The notes under the pieces were generated by a model, which did no database searches, was not told the DNA's origin, and worked only from the letters and a program-made list of their open reading frames with translations. Positions 44,860-55,008 of a stretch of DNA of 56,400 nt are shown here, piece after piece. The DNA is from a virus. Lineage: Duplodnaviria > Caudoviricetes. Where the stretch lies: IMG/VR virus record IMGVR_UViG_3300020121_000067, positions 1 through 56,400 of that record. The stretch is one strand, 5' to 3'. Each line of letters starts with the position of its first letter. Position 1 is the first letter of the stretch. Both the position numbers and the translations under genes were made by a program.

Positions 44860-45252
44860 CTACTTATGAATCGCTGCATAGATGCCTATTAACACTAAAA
44901 CCAGTCCTGCTGCCGCCACCAGGAACCCCCAGCCCTGTTTGAGTCCCTGCCCGGTTCCTTCACCCTTTGTGACTCTATTTTCCAGCATTCCGATCCGGTC
45001 GATCAATGCCTGATGTGCTGATGTATATTCGGTACGCGGCAGGAATTTGACCTCCCGGTCATCCATCGCCTGCCGCCACTCATTTGCACTATCCCTCCAC
45101 TTCTCGGAGTTATATTCCGCCTTGTTGACCGCTGTCTCAGCCGATGTCAACGCTGTGGATACTGCCTCCTTCTGACCGTTTAGCAGGGCAGTGAAATGAA
45201 TGTACAGCGTCTCCAGAGTCCAACCGCTGGCACTCTTTGGCTCCGGCGTCAT
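44860..45252 (-). CDS. Coiled-coil protein with C-terminal TM helix
   Basis: 130 aa, ATGA coupling. Confidence 0.75.
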   Translation of the reverse strand: MTPEPKSASGWTLETLYIHFTALLNGQKEAVSTALTSAETAVNKAEYNSEKWRDSANEWRQAMDDREVKFLPRTEYTSAHQALIDRIGMLENRVTKGEGTGQGLKQGWGFLVAAAGLVLVLIGIYAAIHK

Positions 45253-45398
45253 TCGTTCTTATTGGCAAAGTATATTCGATACTTCAACCGCGCCTTGCCA
45301 TCTCCATTTCTTTCCCATTCCACGCGGAACTTCAACCCATGAATGATACCCAATAGGAGGGATATGATGGTAACGTGTCCCACTTCCATCATGCTCAT
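45249..45398 (-). CDS. Small hypothetical protein, 49 aa
   Basis: TGATG and ATGA overlaps on both sides. Confidence 0.55.
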   Translation of the reverse strand: MSMMEVGHVTIISLLLGIIHGLKFRVEWERNGDGKARLKYRIYFANKNE

Positions 45399-46279
45399 CA
45401 TGCGAAGGTCACAGTCAGGTTGTTGATCATTGCCTTGTACGGCTTCGCATCTCCAGTCGCGTCGAGCTGATACGCCGCGTTGCAGTACGGCTGGTTCGTC
45501 GTGCTCTGGCTCACGGGATGGCTGAAGGTCACAGGAGTCGCCACTCCGTCCACGATCACCTGCGTGAACTGCACCGTCTTGTCGTCGCAGGTTGCGTCCA
45601 GCTGGAGATGTGTAGGCTTCCCAGCGGTAACTGTCGCTTTCACTCCCAGCGGGATCCAGACTTTCTTCACGTAGTCGAATCCCCGGATGACCCAGCCTCC
45701 AGTGATCGGCAGGAGCTGCGGCCCAATGTTGATGACCACGCCATTGGATTTACGAATCTGGTAATCCAACTCCCCGGCCTGCACGTTCGCGAGAGGGTCG
45801 AATATGTAGTCACAGGAGATGGAGAAGTTCTTGGCTGTCTCCATGAGGGATTTCTGGTCTGAGGTCAGGGTGGAATACAGCCGGCGCAGGCAGTACACGT
45901 TGTCGGATTCACCACCTACCAGCTTTGTTGGCTTGAAGTCGGCGGTCGCGGGTGATCCCGGCACAATGGCCACGGTGCCGTGTGGTCCGGTCTTCGGCGA
46001 TCCAGGTGAACGCGCTTCGTACCACAGCGTCTCCGGCATCACGGACTGGATGTTCGAGATCGTAACCACCTTCGGAGCTGTAAGCTCTGCGATCTGCTGT
46101 TTCAGCGCGGCGATCTGCTGATCCTGCGCGTCGGCCAGCGCTGCCGCTGCCGTGGCGTCGTCAATGATCTTCTGAAATTCCGGTTTCACAAATTCCTTCT
46201 TCCTGCGCCCGTAGGGTATCTCTCCGTGACCGTTGCACCTCGGACACTTCCGCATCTTTTGTACGTTGACCCTGAGCAT
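45398..46279 (-). CDS. Coiled-coil plus lectin/ConA-like beta-sandwich protein (alternative GTG start 46189)
   Basis: Heptad segment followed by a beta-rich domain; N-terminal CPRCNGHG. Confidence 0.65.
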   Translation of the reverse strand: MLRVNVQKMRKCPRCNGHGEIPYGRRKKEFVKPEFQKIIDDATAAAALADAQDQQIAALKQQIAELTAPKVVTISNIQSVMPETLWYEARSPGSPKTGPHGTVAIVPGSPATADFKPTKLVGGESDNVYCLRRLYSTLTSDQKSLMETAKNFSISCDYIFDPLANVQAGELDYQIRKSNGVVINIGPQLLPITGGWVIRGFDYVKKVWIPLGVKATVTAGKPTHLQLDATCDDKTVQFTQVIVDGVATPVTFSHPVSQSTTNQPYCNAAYQLDATGDAKPYKAMINNLTVTFA

Positions 46280-46310
46280 GAGTATGTGAGCTGCTGCATT
46301 ATCTCACCCT

Positions 46311-46481
46311 TCACCCTTTGATGACGAACCCAAAGACGTGCCAGCCGAGGAGGAATATCAGGATTCCCAGCAACAGATGCCCACCGAACGGACGCCAGTT
46401 GCCGGGAGCGGGCTGGTACATCCAGCCTCCGAATAGAACCCACACGATGAACAGAAACCAGAACAACATGCTTATTGGCAT
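46311..46481 (-). CDS. Small two-TM membrane protein, 56 aa
   Basis: AAGGAGG RBS; MPISMLFWFLFIVWVLFGGW...LLLGILIFLLGWHVFGFVIKG. Confidence 0.75.
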   Translation of the reverse strand: MPISMLFWFLFIVWVLFGGWMYQPAPGNWRPFGGHLLLGILIFLLGWHVFGFVIKG

Positions 46482-46496
46482 AGATGCCTCCTTTTA

Positions 46497-49130
46497 CTAT
46501 CTCGCAAAACATCTCAAATATAAGATGTCGCTGGCCACCCACGCGGCAGCGACGAACGTGGAGTTGAAATTTCCGATTGTAGCGGTCGTGGTGGAGTCCG
46601 CTGTCTGTCGGCAGTAGTTCACCGTTGCCGAGAACGTGGTCTTGTCCTGGCAGGTGCAGTTCCATCCGTTCGTGGCCGTGGGTAGGCCTATGACTCCACT
46701 GGTGGCCGTGCCTCCCGTGCCTACGTTGATCTCGAATGCAGCTGTGCCGTTCGGCTGCACGATGGATGGTGTGGTGCCGAAGCCGGAGGAGATAGTGGGA
46801 GCCGCGTTAGACAGTAGAAGATTAGTTTCTGTGATGGTCGTTGCTTTAATACTATTAGGCGTAGTCGTCCCGATAGGCGGAGGACTGAGTAAATCCAAGT
46901 TTCGCACTACTGGAGAAAACGCTCCGTTGTTATAGGAACACTCCAACGCATGCGCCGTGGAATCTCCGTAGCATACATCTGTTGTTGCTCCCGCCGCTGG
47001 AGCCGTGGTCTCACCGAATACATGAAGCGATTCTTTTATGCCGCCAGCAAAACTACCCTGTGCTCCTGTGCCTACACCAAACAGTCCCGCCGATATGCGA
47101 GACAGGTTTGTATCTAACCCCGCAGCGCCGGGACTGACGTTTGAGGAGAATCCAAAGGAGTGTCCCGATCCCAGGCGAAAGTCGCTGGCGGTCAGGAATC
47201 CTTTAGTGGCATTGCCTACTGACCAAAGAATTCCACTGCCCGCCGCGAAGAACATTCCGGTTGTCGGATCGGATGCTTCACCATAACTTGTTGCGGATGT
47301 GCCTCCGTCCCCAGCCACGAATGATATAGACTTGCAAGGCAGTCCCGCGCTACAGATAAGCTGATTGGTTCCGGTTCCGCCATTAAGCACTGCCGCTCCA
47401 ACGGAGTTGGCATAGCTATTTCCGGTGACGGTGTAGTTGTTGGCCGTTCCTGCCGTAATCTCCACATTGGCCTTGGGCAGGTTGGCGGGTGCTCCATTTG
47501 ATATAGCGAATGTACTATTAAGAATAGAGAAGTTTCCGATATTGGCAGCGGCGAAGAAATCGCTGAATGTGTTGTTTGCAGCCTGACTATTATTGCCGAA
47601 ACGTGCACCGTTGATCGTAAGATGTCCGTTAGTGCTCAGGCCTGTCAGCCGCACTCCCTCATCCTGGTTCAGGTAAAACAGTCCTCCAGTCCAGGTAATG
47701 CGGGTGCCCGCGTTTACCAGCATTCCTATAAGCCCGGACTGTGCCGTGGCGTTGGAGAAGTCCACGCCCTGCACGGAGTCGATTACGATTGGGGTCTTGG
47801 TTACGCCGCCTTCGAAGGTTGAACTGTTGATCTTGATGTTTGATGGCGGGTTACCGGCGGCCACCTGCTCGAAATGTAGTTGTACTGAATCTGATCCTCC
47901 CCATGCGGCTTCTATATTGTCTAAGTGAATTGAATCGCTCCCGTCCTTCATACAGAAGAAAGCGTCACTGTAAGCGGGGCCGTTAGAGATGGATAGGATA
48001 TTAGTGAAACTATTTGACGCTACAGTCCCAGTTGGTACTCCGCCATTCGATATTCCGCAGTGAAAGGCCGCTCCCGAACCACCGCCCTGAAATATCATCT
48101 TGTCGAATAGGTTATCGCCTCCGGTAGAGATGGTGTCTAGATTGATACCGTCCCAGACCGGTTCGACCCAGATTTTCTCGAAAGTGTTATTGCCGCCCTG
48201 AACGTGAAGTCCTACTCCAGCACTGCGCACCACAGAAGATGTAACCTTGAACTGGCTGAAGTGATTAGCCGCTCCGGCAGCGGTTACTTTAATAATGTCG
48301 GCGGTTCCTGAGTTTGTACTGAAGATTGTGTCGTTCCAGCTCGCGCCTTCGATGGTGGAGCCATTGGCAGACCAATTCACGCAAGGGTTCTGAGTACATC
48401 CGACTGTGACATCACCGAGTAAATGGCGAACCTGATTAGTGCCTTCTGTCCACGTACCAGCACAAGCCTGTGCTCCAGTCAAGGCCAGAGCATTACAAAC
48501 TCCGCCTCCCGATGCCAGCAATGCGGTATCGCAAGCGGTCATCTTCGCGCAGAAATCCGCCCCGGCAATCTGATCGACAAATAAATATGAGGCCGTGTTC
48601 AATGTCGTGAGCGTGGTCAGGCCCGGAACTGAGAGCGTTGCTGGTACTAGATTAGGCGCGAAATCGTTAATGGTTAGCAGCGTCGTGTTAACGCTTGCAT
48701 TGCGGGAAAAGAACTTGCAGTTAAACCCTGTTCCGTCACCACAATAAAAAGCTAAGGCGGTAGGGAATGGGCCTTGCACTAGCCATCCGGGGGAACCCGC
48801 ACTGGCCGGCAATCCCGTGGTTCCTGTCGGGTTCAAGCTGGAGGTCACCGGATTGGGAATGTTAGAGTTCGGCAACACTCCCGTCACATCCGCAGCTAAA
48901 TTTACAGTGTTGCATGTCGGTGGCAGTCCATTGTTCAGCACGCGCACGAACTGGTTCACGCAGGTTCCAGTGCCAGAGATGGTGGCGGGGATGTTGGAAC
49001 CGGTGACTGTGCCGTTGGCGTTGATGTTCCCGTCCGCTTGAAGATTGTTGACGTGCGTGGTCTGCGCGGACGCTGTAGCCATCAGCACCAGCGCGAGGAT
49101 AATTCCAATAAGTCTGTTCATTCGTCTCAC
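46497..49130 (-). CDS. Tailspike/depolymerase-like parallel beta-helix protein with N-terminal signal peptide
   Basis: G/N/T-rich beta-helix repeats; 'MRRMNR-LIGIILALVLM-ATASA|Q'. Confidence 0.75.
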   Translation of the reverse strand: MRRMNRLIGIILALVLMATASAQTTHVNNLQADGNINANGTVTGSNIPATISGTGTCVNQFVRVLNNGLPPTCNTVNLAADVTGVLPNSNIPNPVTSSLNPTGTTGLPASAGSPGWLVQGPFPTALAFYCGDGTGFNCKFFSRNASVNTTLLTINDFAPNLVPATLSVPGLTTLTTLNTASYLFVDQIAGADFCAKMTACDTALLASGGGVCNALALTGAQACAGTWTEGTNQVRHLLGDVTVGCTQNPCVNWSANGSTIEGASWNDTIFSTNSGTADIIKVTAAGAANHFSQFKVTSSVVRSAGVGLHVQGGNNTFEKIWVEPVWDGINLDTISTGGDNLFDKMIFQGGGSGAAFHCGISNGGVPTGTVASNSFTNILSISNGPAYSDAFFCMKDGSDSIHLDNIEAAWGGSDSVQLHFEQVAAGNPPSNIKINSSTFEGGVTKTPIVIDSVQGVDFSNATAQSGLIGMLVNAGTRITWTGGLFYLNQDEGVRLTGLSTNGHLTINGARFGNNSQAANNTFSDFFAAANIGNFSILNSTFAISNGAPANLPKANVEITAGTANNYTVTGNSYANSVGAAVLNGGTGTNQLICSAGLPCKSISFVAGDGGTSATSYGEASDPTTGMFFAAGSGILWSVGNATKGFLTASDFRLGSGHSFGFSSNVSPGAAGLDTNLSRISAGLFGVGTGAQGSFAGGIKESLHVFGETTAPAAGATTDVCYGDSTAHALECSYNNGAFSPVVRNLDLLSPPPIGTTTPNSIKATTITETNLLLSNAAPTISSGFGTTPSIVQPNGTAAFEINVGTGGTATSGVIGLPTATNGWNCTCQDKTTFSATVNYCRQTADSTTTATIGNFNSTFVAAAWVASDILYLRCFAR

Positions 49131-49807
49131 AATGCCTGCTGCGGCCCGGTGGCGATGAGGTTAGTCCCATCGAACACCCCGGCCTGCGTGTTGATCGTGT
49201 TGGCGGTTGTAATCAGGGGGGTGAATCCCTTGATGTTGGCGGGGTAGGCGAACGTGCGGCCTCCCACGGCGTCTTCGATCAGTTTCAGTATCACGGTCGC
49301 ACCTATTGGAATGCCGCTCAACACCGGAGCGGTCACGTTCCCCGTGAGTGTCATTTGAAAGGTGATGACCGGGACTTTGCTGTTCACTCCCGGCCCTGCA
49401 AGGGCGGGGGTAGCTGAGAAAGGGACGATGGTGAACACCGGCCCACCGCCGGAGGTGACGAGCGACGCCGCCGCCGCTTGCAGGGCCGCGCTAATATCCT
49501 GGTTGTTCCCGGTGATGGTGATGAGCGTGTTGAATGACACTGGCGGGATCGTGCTGCTGACTACATTGAAGCGCCATTGTGACGGCGTGGGGGTGATGGT
49601 GTCGTTCCCTGCGAGTGGCATCGACATCGCGCCGAAGGAATCCGTGAACCCTGGGACTACGATCTCAAACTGTCCTTGGGGGACGCCACCGCTGGTGTAC
49701 GGCCCCGCACCAGGAACAGCGTTCTGTCCCACGAACGAGGCTATGATCTGCGAGTTCACGTAAGGATTACCCGCTGGATCTCGAACTGTGGCCGTCACCA
49801 GAGTCAT
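49127..49807 (-). CDS. Tail protein/tail-fibre adaptor
   Basis: ATG at 49807 (TGATG); 'VTATVRDPAGNPY' head-binding-like N-terminus. Confidence 0.65.
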   Translation of the reverse strand: MTLVTATVRDPAGNPYVNSQIIASFVGQNAVPGAGPYTSGGVPQGQFEIVVPGFTDSFGAMSMPLAGNDTITPTPSQWRFNVVSSTIPPVSFNTLITITGNNQDISAALQAAAASLVTSGGGPVFTIVPFSATPALAGPGVNSKVPVITFQMTLTGNVTAPVLSGIPIGATVILKLIEDAVGGRTFAYPANIKGFTPLITTANTINTQAGVFDGTNLIATGPQQAL

Positions 49808-50112
49808 CAGTAAACGCTCGCAGTGTAGGCCCCGCCCCCGGCGGCTGCCTGCTGGAATATGCCGTTCGACGCCGGCATGTCGAAGGTGATGACGGTGTTC
49901 ACCGCCGTGTTGGCGGGGATGATGCCGATGATCGTGCCGCTGGCTGCGGAGGCGTTGTCGAAGAACACGATGGCGTTGGCTCCGATTAGCGTGGTGACCA
50001 GCACCTTGCACAGCCGCGATTGCTGAGAGCGGAGGGCTATCCCTGCGACGGCCTGCGTGTTGGTGACCGCCACGGTGAGGTCTCCGCCTCCGGAATATTG
50101 ATGGACTGGCAT
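49807..50112 (-). CDS. Small virion protein
   Basis: 101 aa, beta-rich, 'FDNASAASGT'. Confidence 0.65.
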   Translation of the reverse strand: MPVHQYSGGGDLTVAVTNTQAVAGIALRSQQSRLCKVLVTTLIGANAIVFFDNASAASGTIIGIIPANTAVNTVITFDMPASNGIFQQAAAGGGAYTASVY

Positions 50113-50117
50113 GGGAT

Positions 50118-52262
50118 CTATTGCCCGCCTTTCTTAAGAGATTCAGTAATAGCTTCTAACTCGCTTGCCGATGAGTGTAGCGGTCGTCCTCTGGCATCAT
50201 TCACAACATAGTATGGGCGATTGAACCGGCGAATATCATGCACTATCCAGTTGCGTGGTAGTCGTGCCCGTGCGTCCTTAAGTGCTACTGGATCATCTGG
50301 TGGAGGTACTGAACGCTTAGTCTTGGCCAATGGCCCCGCTGTAGGCTTAGATTCTATAGCTGCGGCAGGTTTCTTCCCCGCACCGAATTTCAATTCCAGT
50401 GATTTCTGTATCGCACGAGACTGCTCGGCGGGAGTCAGTTCGTTGAACTTCCTCCCGGGGAATAGTTCCTCGGTTGCACGGGCGAGGTGGCTGGTGTCAG
50501 CCTTCGGCTTAGCTAGTTCTTTCAGCCTCGCAGCCTCGGGATCACCACCGGACTTCGCCGCAGCGTCCGCCTTCGCCTCGGCAGCGCGGATTCGTTCTGC
50601 CCACTCGGGGTGCTTCTTCCCCGCGACTGCGGCCTGGCGCCGGAGGGATTCCGTGCGCGCCTTGGCTTCGGCTACGCGATCCTTCACTCGGGCTGCGGTG
50701 TTGACATCACGCTCGGGAGTGGTGGCTGGAGGCTCACCGGATGCTCCACGGCGCAGGGACTCAATATCAGGTTCCACCTCAGGAGCACGTTTCGCCTTGG
50801 CCAGCAGGCCAAGTTGCCTGCGTGGGATTCGATGCCCGATGTCTTCCTTGAACGCCTTGCCCACCGCACGATTGGCCTGAGTCTCCGGGCCACGGCGCAG
50901 CACCTTCGGCAGCTTGAGGTAACCACGGATTCCGTGCTGCGACGCGACGCCGTGGATGTCCTCCCCGCCGGGACCGCCTTTGAACTTGGCCTGCGCGGCC
51001 TCTAGCTTCTCAGCGTGGCCCTTCTCCACCTTGCCAGTCGAGCGGTTGTACTCTCCTAGCGTGTCGCGGAGGTTAAGTATCTGCTCCTGACGCATGCGCA
51101 TGTCGCGGAGCCCTGATCCCGGATGCTTGGACTCAAGGTAATCCATGTACGTGTCGCGGAGCGACTTGCGCAGGATGTCATTGATGGCCACGCTCGCACG
51201 GGTCTTGGCCGTGGACAGCTCCAGAGATGTCTTCCCGCCGTGCGATCCCCAGAGTTTGTTCTGCTGCCGCATCTCCTTGCCAATGTCACGCAGGCTCCAC
51301 GGCTTGCGGTAGTTCGTGGCCTCAGCGCGCATCTCAGCAGCCTCGGCAGCGGCGGAGGGGGGCAGCTCCTTCGCAGCGGCTTTGAGTGCGTCGGCGGCTT
51401 TCGAGGGGACGATCTTATCCCCTGCGAATGGTTGCTCAGCCAGTGCGGTCTGCGTGTTGAACCGCTCGTTCGTGGCCTCGACCGCCTTCGCGAGGTCGCT
51501 AACCGTTTTCAGTGGCATCTTGCGCGCGCTGACCGTTTCCATGATGTCCGGGATGGTCATGCGGAAGGCGTTCGGCGTTCCGGGAGTGGAGCCGCTGGCA
51601 TAGGTGGCCTTGGCGATGCGGGATTCCATCTCCGATTTGGCGGAGCGCAGGCGACCGGACTTGCCGAGGGCGACGGAGCCAGCCACACCGGATAGGGAGG
51701 ATAGAATACGCTCCAGCCTGTCAGCGTCGCTCTCCCCCGGCTGTGGGGTGAACAATTCCTTCCCTGATTTCACCGCCCCGTAGGCCCCGATGATAGGTCT
51801 CGCCTGCGGGATCAGCGACGCTGCTCCGAGCGCGGCGGACTTACCTCCGAGGGCTCCACGGGTGTACTTCGCCACGTCGGCCATCACCAGCGGAGCATAT
51901 TGCCGCGTCGTGCGGAAGAACGGCGACCGAGATGGATTGTTCTCGTCCTCGCGCTGGCGGGTCGCGGCGGTATTTCGCATGGAGCGTTCGAGGTCTTCGA
52001 GCAGCGTGGTCTTGTTCTGATACTGCGGCCCACGACCGAGGATGAAGTTGCCCACCTTGGAGATTCCCTCGAAGCGTGTGCCTCGGGTGGGATCAGGCGG
52101 GGTAGCTACTGGCTTGGTTTGCGCAGATGGAGCGGTGATCCCCAGCCGCTCGCGCACTTGGCGCTGCAACTCCGCCGGCGCGGACTGGAACTCCGGCGAG
52201 GCGAGGATCTTCACTATGTCCTGGTTGCCGTACTGCGAGGATTCCTGACCCTGCGGAGGCAT
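50118..52262 (-). CDS. Putative DNA ejection/internal virion protein
   Basis: 714 aa, A/R/K-rich helical; podoviral gene position. Confidence 0.6.
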   Translation of the reverse strand: MPPQGQESSQYGNQDIVKILASPEFQSAPAELQRQVRERLGITAPSAQTKPVATPPDPTRGTRFEGISKVGNFILGRGPQYQNKTTLLEDLERSMRNTAATRQREDENNPSRSPFFRTTRQYAPLVMADVAKYTRGALGGKSAALGAASLIPQARPIIGAYGAVKSGKELFTPQPGESDADRLERILSSLSGVAGSVALGKSGRLRSAKSEMESRIAKATYASGSTPGTPNAFRMTIPDIMETVSARKMPLKTVSDLAKAVEATNERFNTQTALAEQPFAGDKIVPSKAADALKAAAKELPPSAAAEAAEMRAEATNYRKPWSLRDIGKEMRQQNKLWGSHGGKTSLELSTAKTRASVAINDILRKSLRDTYMDYLESKHPGSGLRDMRMRQEQILNLRDTLGEYNRSTGKVEKGHAEKLEAAQAKFKGGPGGEDIHGVASQHGIRGYLKLPKVLRRGPETQANRAVGKAFKEDIGHRIPRRQLGLLAKAKRAPEVEPDIESLRRGASGEPPATTPERDVNTAARVKDRVAEAKARTESLRRQAAVAGKKHPEWAERIRAAEAKADAAAKSGGDPEAARLKELAKPKADTSHLARATEELFPGRKFNELTPAEQSRAIQKSLELKFGAGKKPAAAIESKPTAGPLAKTKRSVPPPDDPVALKDARARLPRNWIVHDIRRFNRPYYVVNDARGRPLHSSASELEAITESLKKGGQ

Positions 52263-53584
52263 TACTTGCCTCCCTTGAGGATTCGGTCGATGAGCGATTG
52301 TGCGGGATCGGCCGTGTTCCCCGAATCGGTGAACGTCCCCTTCTGCATGGCGACGTTGATCTCATCCATCAGGCGTTGCAACCGCTCGCGAGCGTCCTTG
52401 GAATCTCGCGTGTTCGTGGGATTCGGCAGCTCGGCCTTCAGGCGTTCAATCGTGGCCTCGGTGGCACGACCCGAGCGCACCAACTGCGCCATGCCGGAGA
52501 TGGTCCCCACCAGCTGGTTATACGTCTGGAGGAACTTCTTCTGTGAGTCGGTCATGCCGGACGCGGCGCCGAGGGTGAACAGCCTGCCGATGAAGCCTTC
52601 CTTGTCGGGACTCTGAGCGATCTGCTGGAGGCGGAGGCGCGACATCCCCCCCTCGTCTAGTGCCTTCATGGAATCGTCATTCATCGCCCGCTGGATGAAG
52701 GTTGAGGTCTCACGCAACATGACCTGCTCCCGCGGAGTGAACTTCCCCTGCTCCCAGCCGTAGCGGCGGGCGAGCTGCGACGCTACGGGGATAAGCTTGG
52801 AGTACTTCACCTTGTCCATGTCTTTGCCGTCGAGGAGTTCGTTGGCGGTTTCGCGGACGTAGGGATTCACGGAGGCTGAGGGTGGAATGTGGCCGTCTGC
52901 ATCGAGGGGCAACGTCCCAGCTGTCTTGGATGTATCTGACTTCTTTGCCAATGGCCCAGCCCCGCGACGCTTTCCCGCCAGTTGAGGGCGTGCGGCGGCT
53001 CCTGAGGGTGCGGCGGTAAGAGTTGCCAGAGGGCCTGCTGGGGAGGCTGTAGCGACTGAAGACGTGGCTGCTGGCTTGGCCTTGCTGCCGCCCCCGCCCG
53101 GAGGCCCGATAATCGGCTTCCGACGGGTCACCGTGGTCAATCCTGTCAGCGGGTCGGTGGTGTCGGTCTCGCTCTCGATCAGCCCCCGCTGCGGTGGCGC
53201 ATCCAGCTGCCGTGAATATTCATTACCCGATAGCGGATCGTAGCTGACGTAGCTCCACCCGGTCTTGGAGTTCTTGTCCTGCTCCAGCTTGGTGACTACC
53301 TTCCCGGCGATTTCCTTGGGTGCGACGCTGAAGTACCGCTGCTTCTCCACGTCGGTGAGCTTGCGTCCAATGGCCGCTTCCACATCCGCGATCTGCTTGG
53401 CCTGTGGGTTCCCCTCGGCCAGTCGCATGATCTGGCGGAGGTGATCACGCTGGAGTGCTGCGGACTCAAGCTGGGAATACACCTGTTTCTTCTTGAGGTC
53501 TTCCTCCGCCCGTTCCTGCTTGGCCTTGGCGAAGGACTGCCCCACGTCCCCGAGCGTCTGGAGCAGGGATGCGAGGGTGGCCAT
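52262..53584 (-). CDS. Putative DNA ejection/internal virion protein
   Basis: 440 aa helical; position. Confidence 0.6.
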   Translation of the reverse strand: MATLASLLQTLGDVGQSFAKAKQERAEEDLKKKQVYSQLESAALQRDHLRQIMRLAEGNPQAKQIADVEAAIGRKLTDVEKQRYFSVAPKEIAGKVVTKLEQDKNSKTGWSYVSYDPLSGNEYSRQLDAPPQRGLIESETDTTDPLTGLTTVTRRKPIIGPPGGGGSKAKPAATSSVATASPAGPLATLTAAPSGAAARPQLAGKRRGAGPLAKKSDTSKTAGTLPLDADGHIPPSASVNPYVRETANELLDGKDMDKVKYSKLIPVASQLARRYGWEQGKFTPREQVMLRETSTFIQRAMNDDSMKALDEGGMSRLRLQQIAQSPDKEGFIGRLFTLGAASGMTDSQKKFLQTYNQLVGTISGMAQLVRSGRATEATIERLKAELPNPTNTRDSKDARERLQRLMDEINVAMQKGTFTDSGNTADPAQSLIDRILKGGK

Positions 53585-53587
53585 GGG

Positions 53588-54190
53588 CTAGGCCCCCGCG
53601 AACATGGAGAGTAGTGAGCCGATGTCCATACCGGAGTCACCGCCGGGGACTTCGAGCGGTGGTACGGAAGCGTCCGTGCCTGCGGTGATTCCAGAGGTGT
53701 CGATCTGCGATGCGCCTTGGCCGATCATCACAGGATCCGGAGAGCTCTTGCCTCCTAGGAGGTTCTTGATAATTGCAGAGATGTCCAGCGGCTGCGGAGC
53801 GGTGCCACCGAAGTCAGGGGTGCCAGATGGAATCCCCAGCGACGCCATGGCTTCGTTGATCGCCATCTGCTGCTGGTTCTGTTGCAACGGCCCGAGAGCC
53901 TGCGCCTCGATCTCCGCCATGATCTGTGGTGAGGTCGATAGTCCGCGCTCCGCGCCGAACGCCTGTACCTGGTTGTTCACTCCAGACACCAGTCCTTGGT
54001 CGAGAGGTTTCTGGAATCCAGATACGTACTGCGACATCTTCGCGGGGTTCGTAGACAGCGAGCGCAGGAATTTCTGATAGTTGATCTGATCGGTGAGGTA
54101 TTTATTCTTCTGCCGGTTGCCGAGGAAGCTGGAGATCGCGGAACCCGCTCCGCCGACCAGGCCGCCGATCTTAGAGAACACCTGAGACAT
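53588..54190 (-). CDS. Putative ejection protein
   Basis: G/A/S-rich N-terminus 'IGGLVGGAGSAISSFLG', Q-rich core. Confidence 0.6.
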   Translation of the reverse strand: MSQVFSKIGGLVGGAGSAISSFLGNRQKNKYLTDQINYQKFLRSLSTNPAKMSQYVSGFQKPLDQGLVSGVNNQVQAFGAERGLSTSPQIMAEIEAQALGPLQQNQQQMAINEAMASLGIPSGTPDFGGTAPQPLDISAIIKNLLGGKSSPDPVMIGQGASQIDTSGITAGTDASVPPLEVPGGDSGMDIGSLLSMFAGA

Positions 54191-54543
54191 CAGCTGCCTC
54201 CTGACATGGCTAGTCCCGGCTGCTGCTGGTCTCCGAATCCGAGTGCACGCATGGCCTCTTGAATGTTCCCCGGCTCCCCAGCGATGGATTGTGTCAGGGA
54301 TGCAAACGGCATGTCGGTCAGTGATCCGCCGGTCTGGGCCTGTGCGTCTGGAGCTGCGCGCCGGAGGGCTGCGGTCTTGGTCGCCGCGTCGAGCTTGGCC
54401 TGCTTATCAGCGTCAGCCTTGGCCTGCTGCTGCGCGGCAGCATTAGGATCAGTAGAGGAACCTCCTCCGCTGCCTCCGCCAAATAAATGCGGCCCAACGG
54501 TAGACAATAGAGTACCGACTATAAGTGGAATAGCTACTGGCAT
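54190..54543 (-). CDS. Putative small ejection protein (P22 gp7/T7 gp14-like)
   Basis: Hydrophobic N-terminus, Gly linker, A/Q helix. Confidence 0.6.
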   Translation of the reverse strand: MPVAIPLIVGTLLSTVGPHLFGGGSGGGSSTDPNAAAQQQAKADADKQAKLDAATKTAALRRAAPDAQAQTGGSLTDMPFASLTQSIAGEPGNIQEAMRALGFGDQQQPGLAMSGGS

Positions 54544-54546
54544 TAT

Positions 54547-54939
54547 TTAGAACTTTCCAAATTCCCACGCCCCGGACACTGGCAGGAGGTCGCCCCGGCT
54601 GCGCTGCACGATCCTCATGAGCTTGGTCTCAGCAGCGGCTGAGTCCGAGAGGAAGGTAAGGTAGCCCAAGAGACCGCGACGCCTCGCGTCCGAGAAGGCA
54701 CGGCGCAAGAGTAGCATGGAGGTCAGGGGCGGGGCGCTGGGAACGACAGAGATGCGGATCAGCAGCAGCATGGATTGCAGCTCCCCGGCGATGAGCACGC
54801 CGATGATCTGGGCGTCGCGGATGGCTACCCACGTGTGCGATGGATCGAGAGGGAGTTGTTCCGGCCAGAAGGAAGATTCGCCGTCGCGGAGGGAGTCGTA
54901 GGGGATTACATCCGTGTCGCGGAGGAGACGTACCTGCAT
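54547..54939 (-). CDS. GNAT-fold/T7 gp13-like protein
   Basis: 'WVAIRDAQIIGVL...LLRRAFSDARRRG'; typical position before ejection genes. Confidence 0.55.
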   Translation of the reverse strand: MQVRLLRDTDVIPYDSLRDGESSFWPEQLPLDPSHTWVAIRDAQIIGVLIAGELQSMLLLIRISVVPSAPPLTSMLLLRRAFSDARRRGLLGYLTFLSDSAAAETKLMRIVQRSRGDLLPVSGAWEFGKF

Positions 54940-55008
54940 GAGTGGCAGCATAGCACGCGGGGGAGGTTTCCCTCCCCTATTATCTGCTCAACAGGCCAGC
55001 ACCGTGTC

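Noticed and set aside
49808-50011. N-terminal extension of ORF 49127..50011
   Set aside because: H/R-rich shadow of 49807..50112; real start is the coupled ATG at 49807
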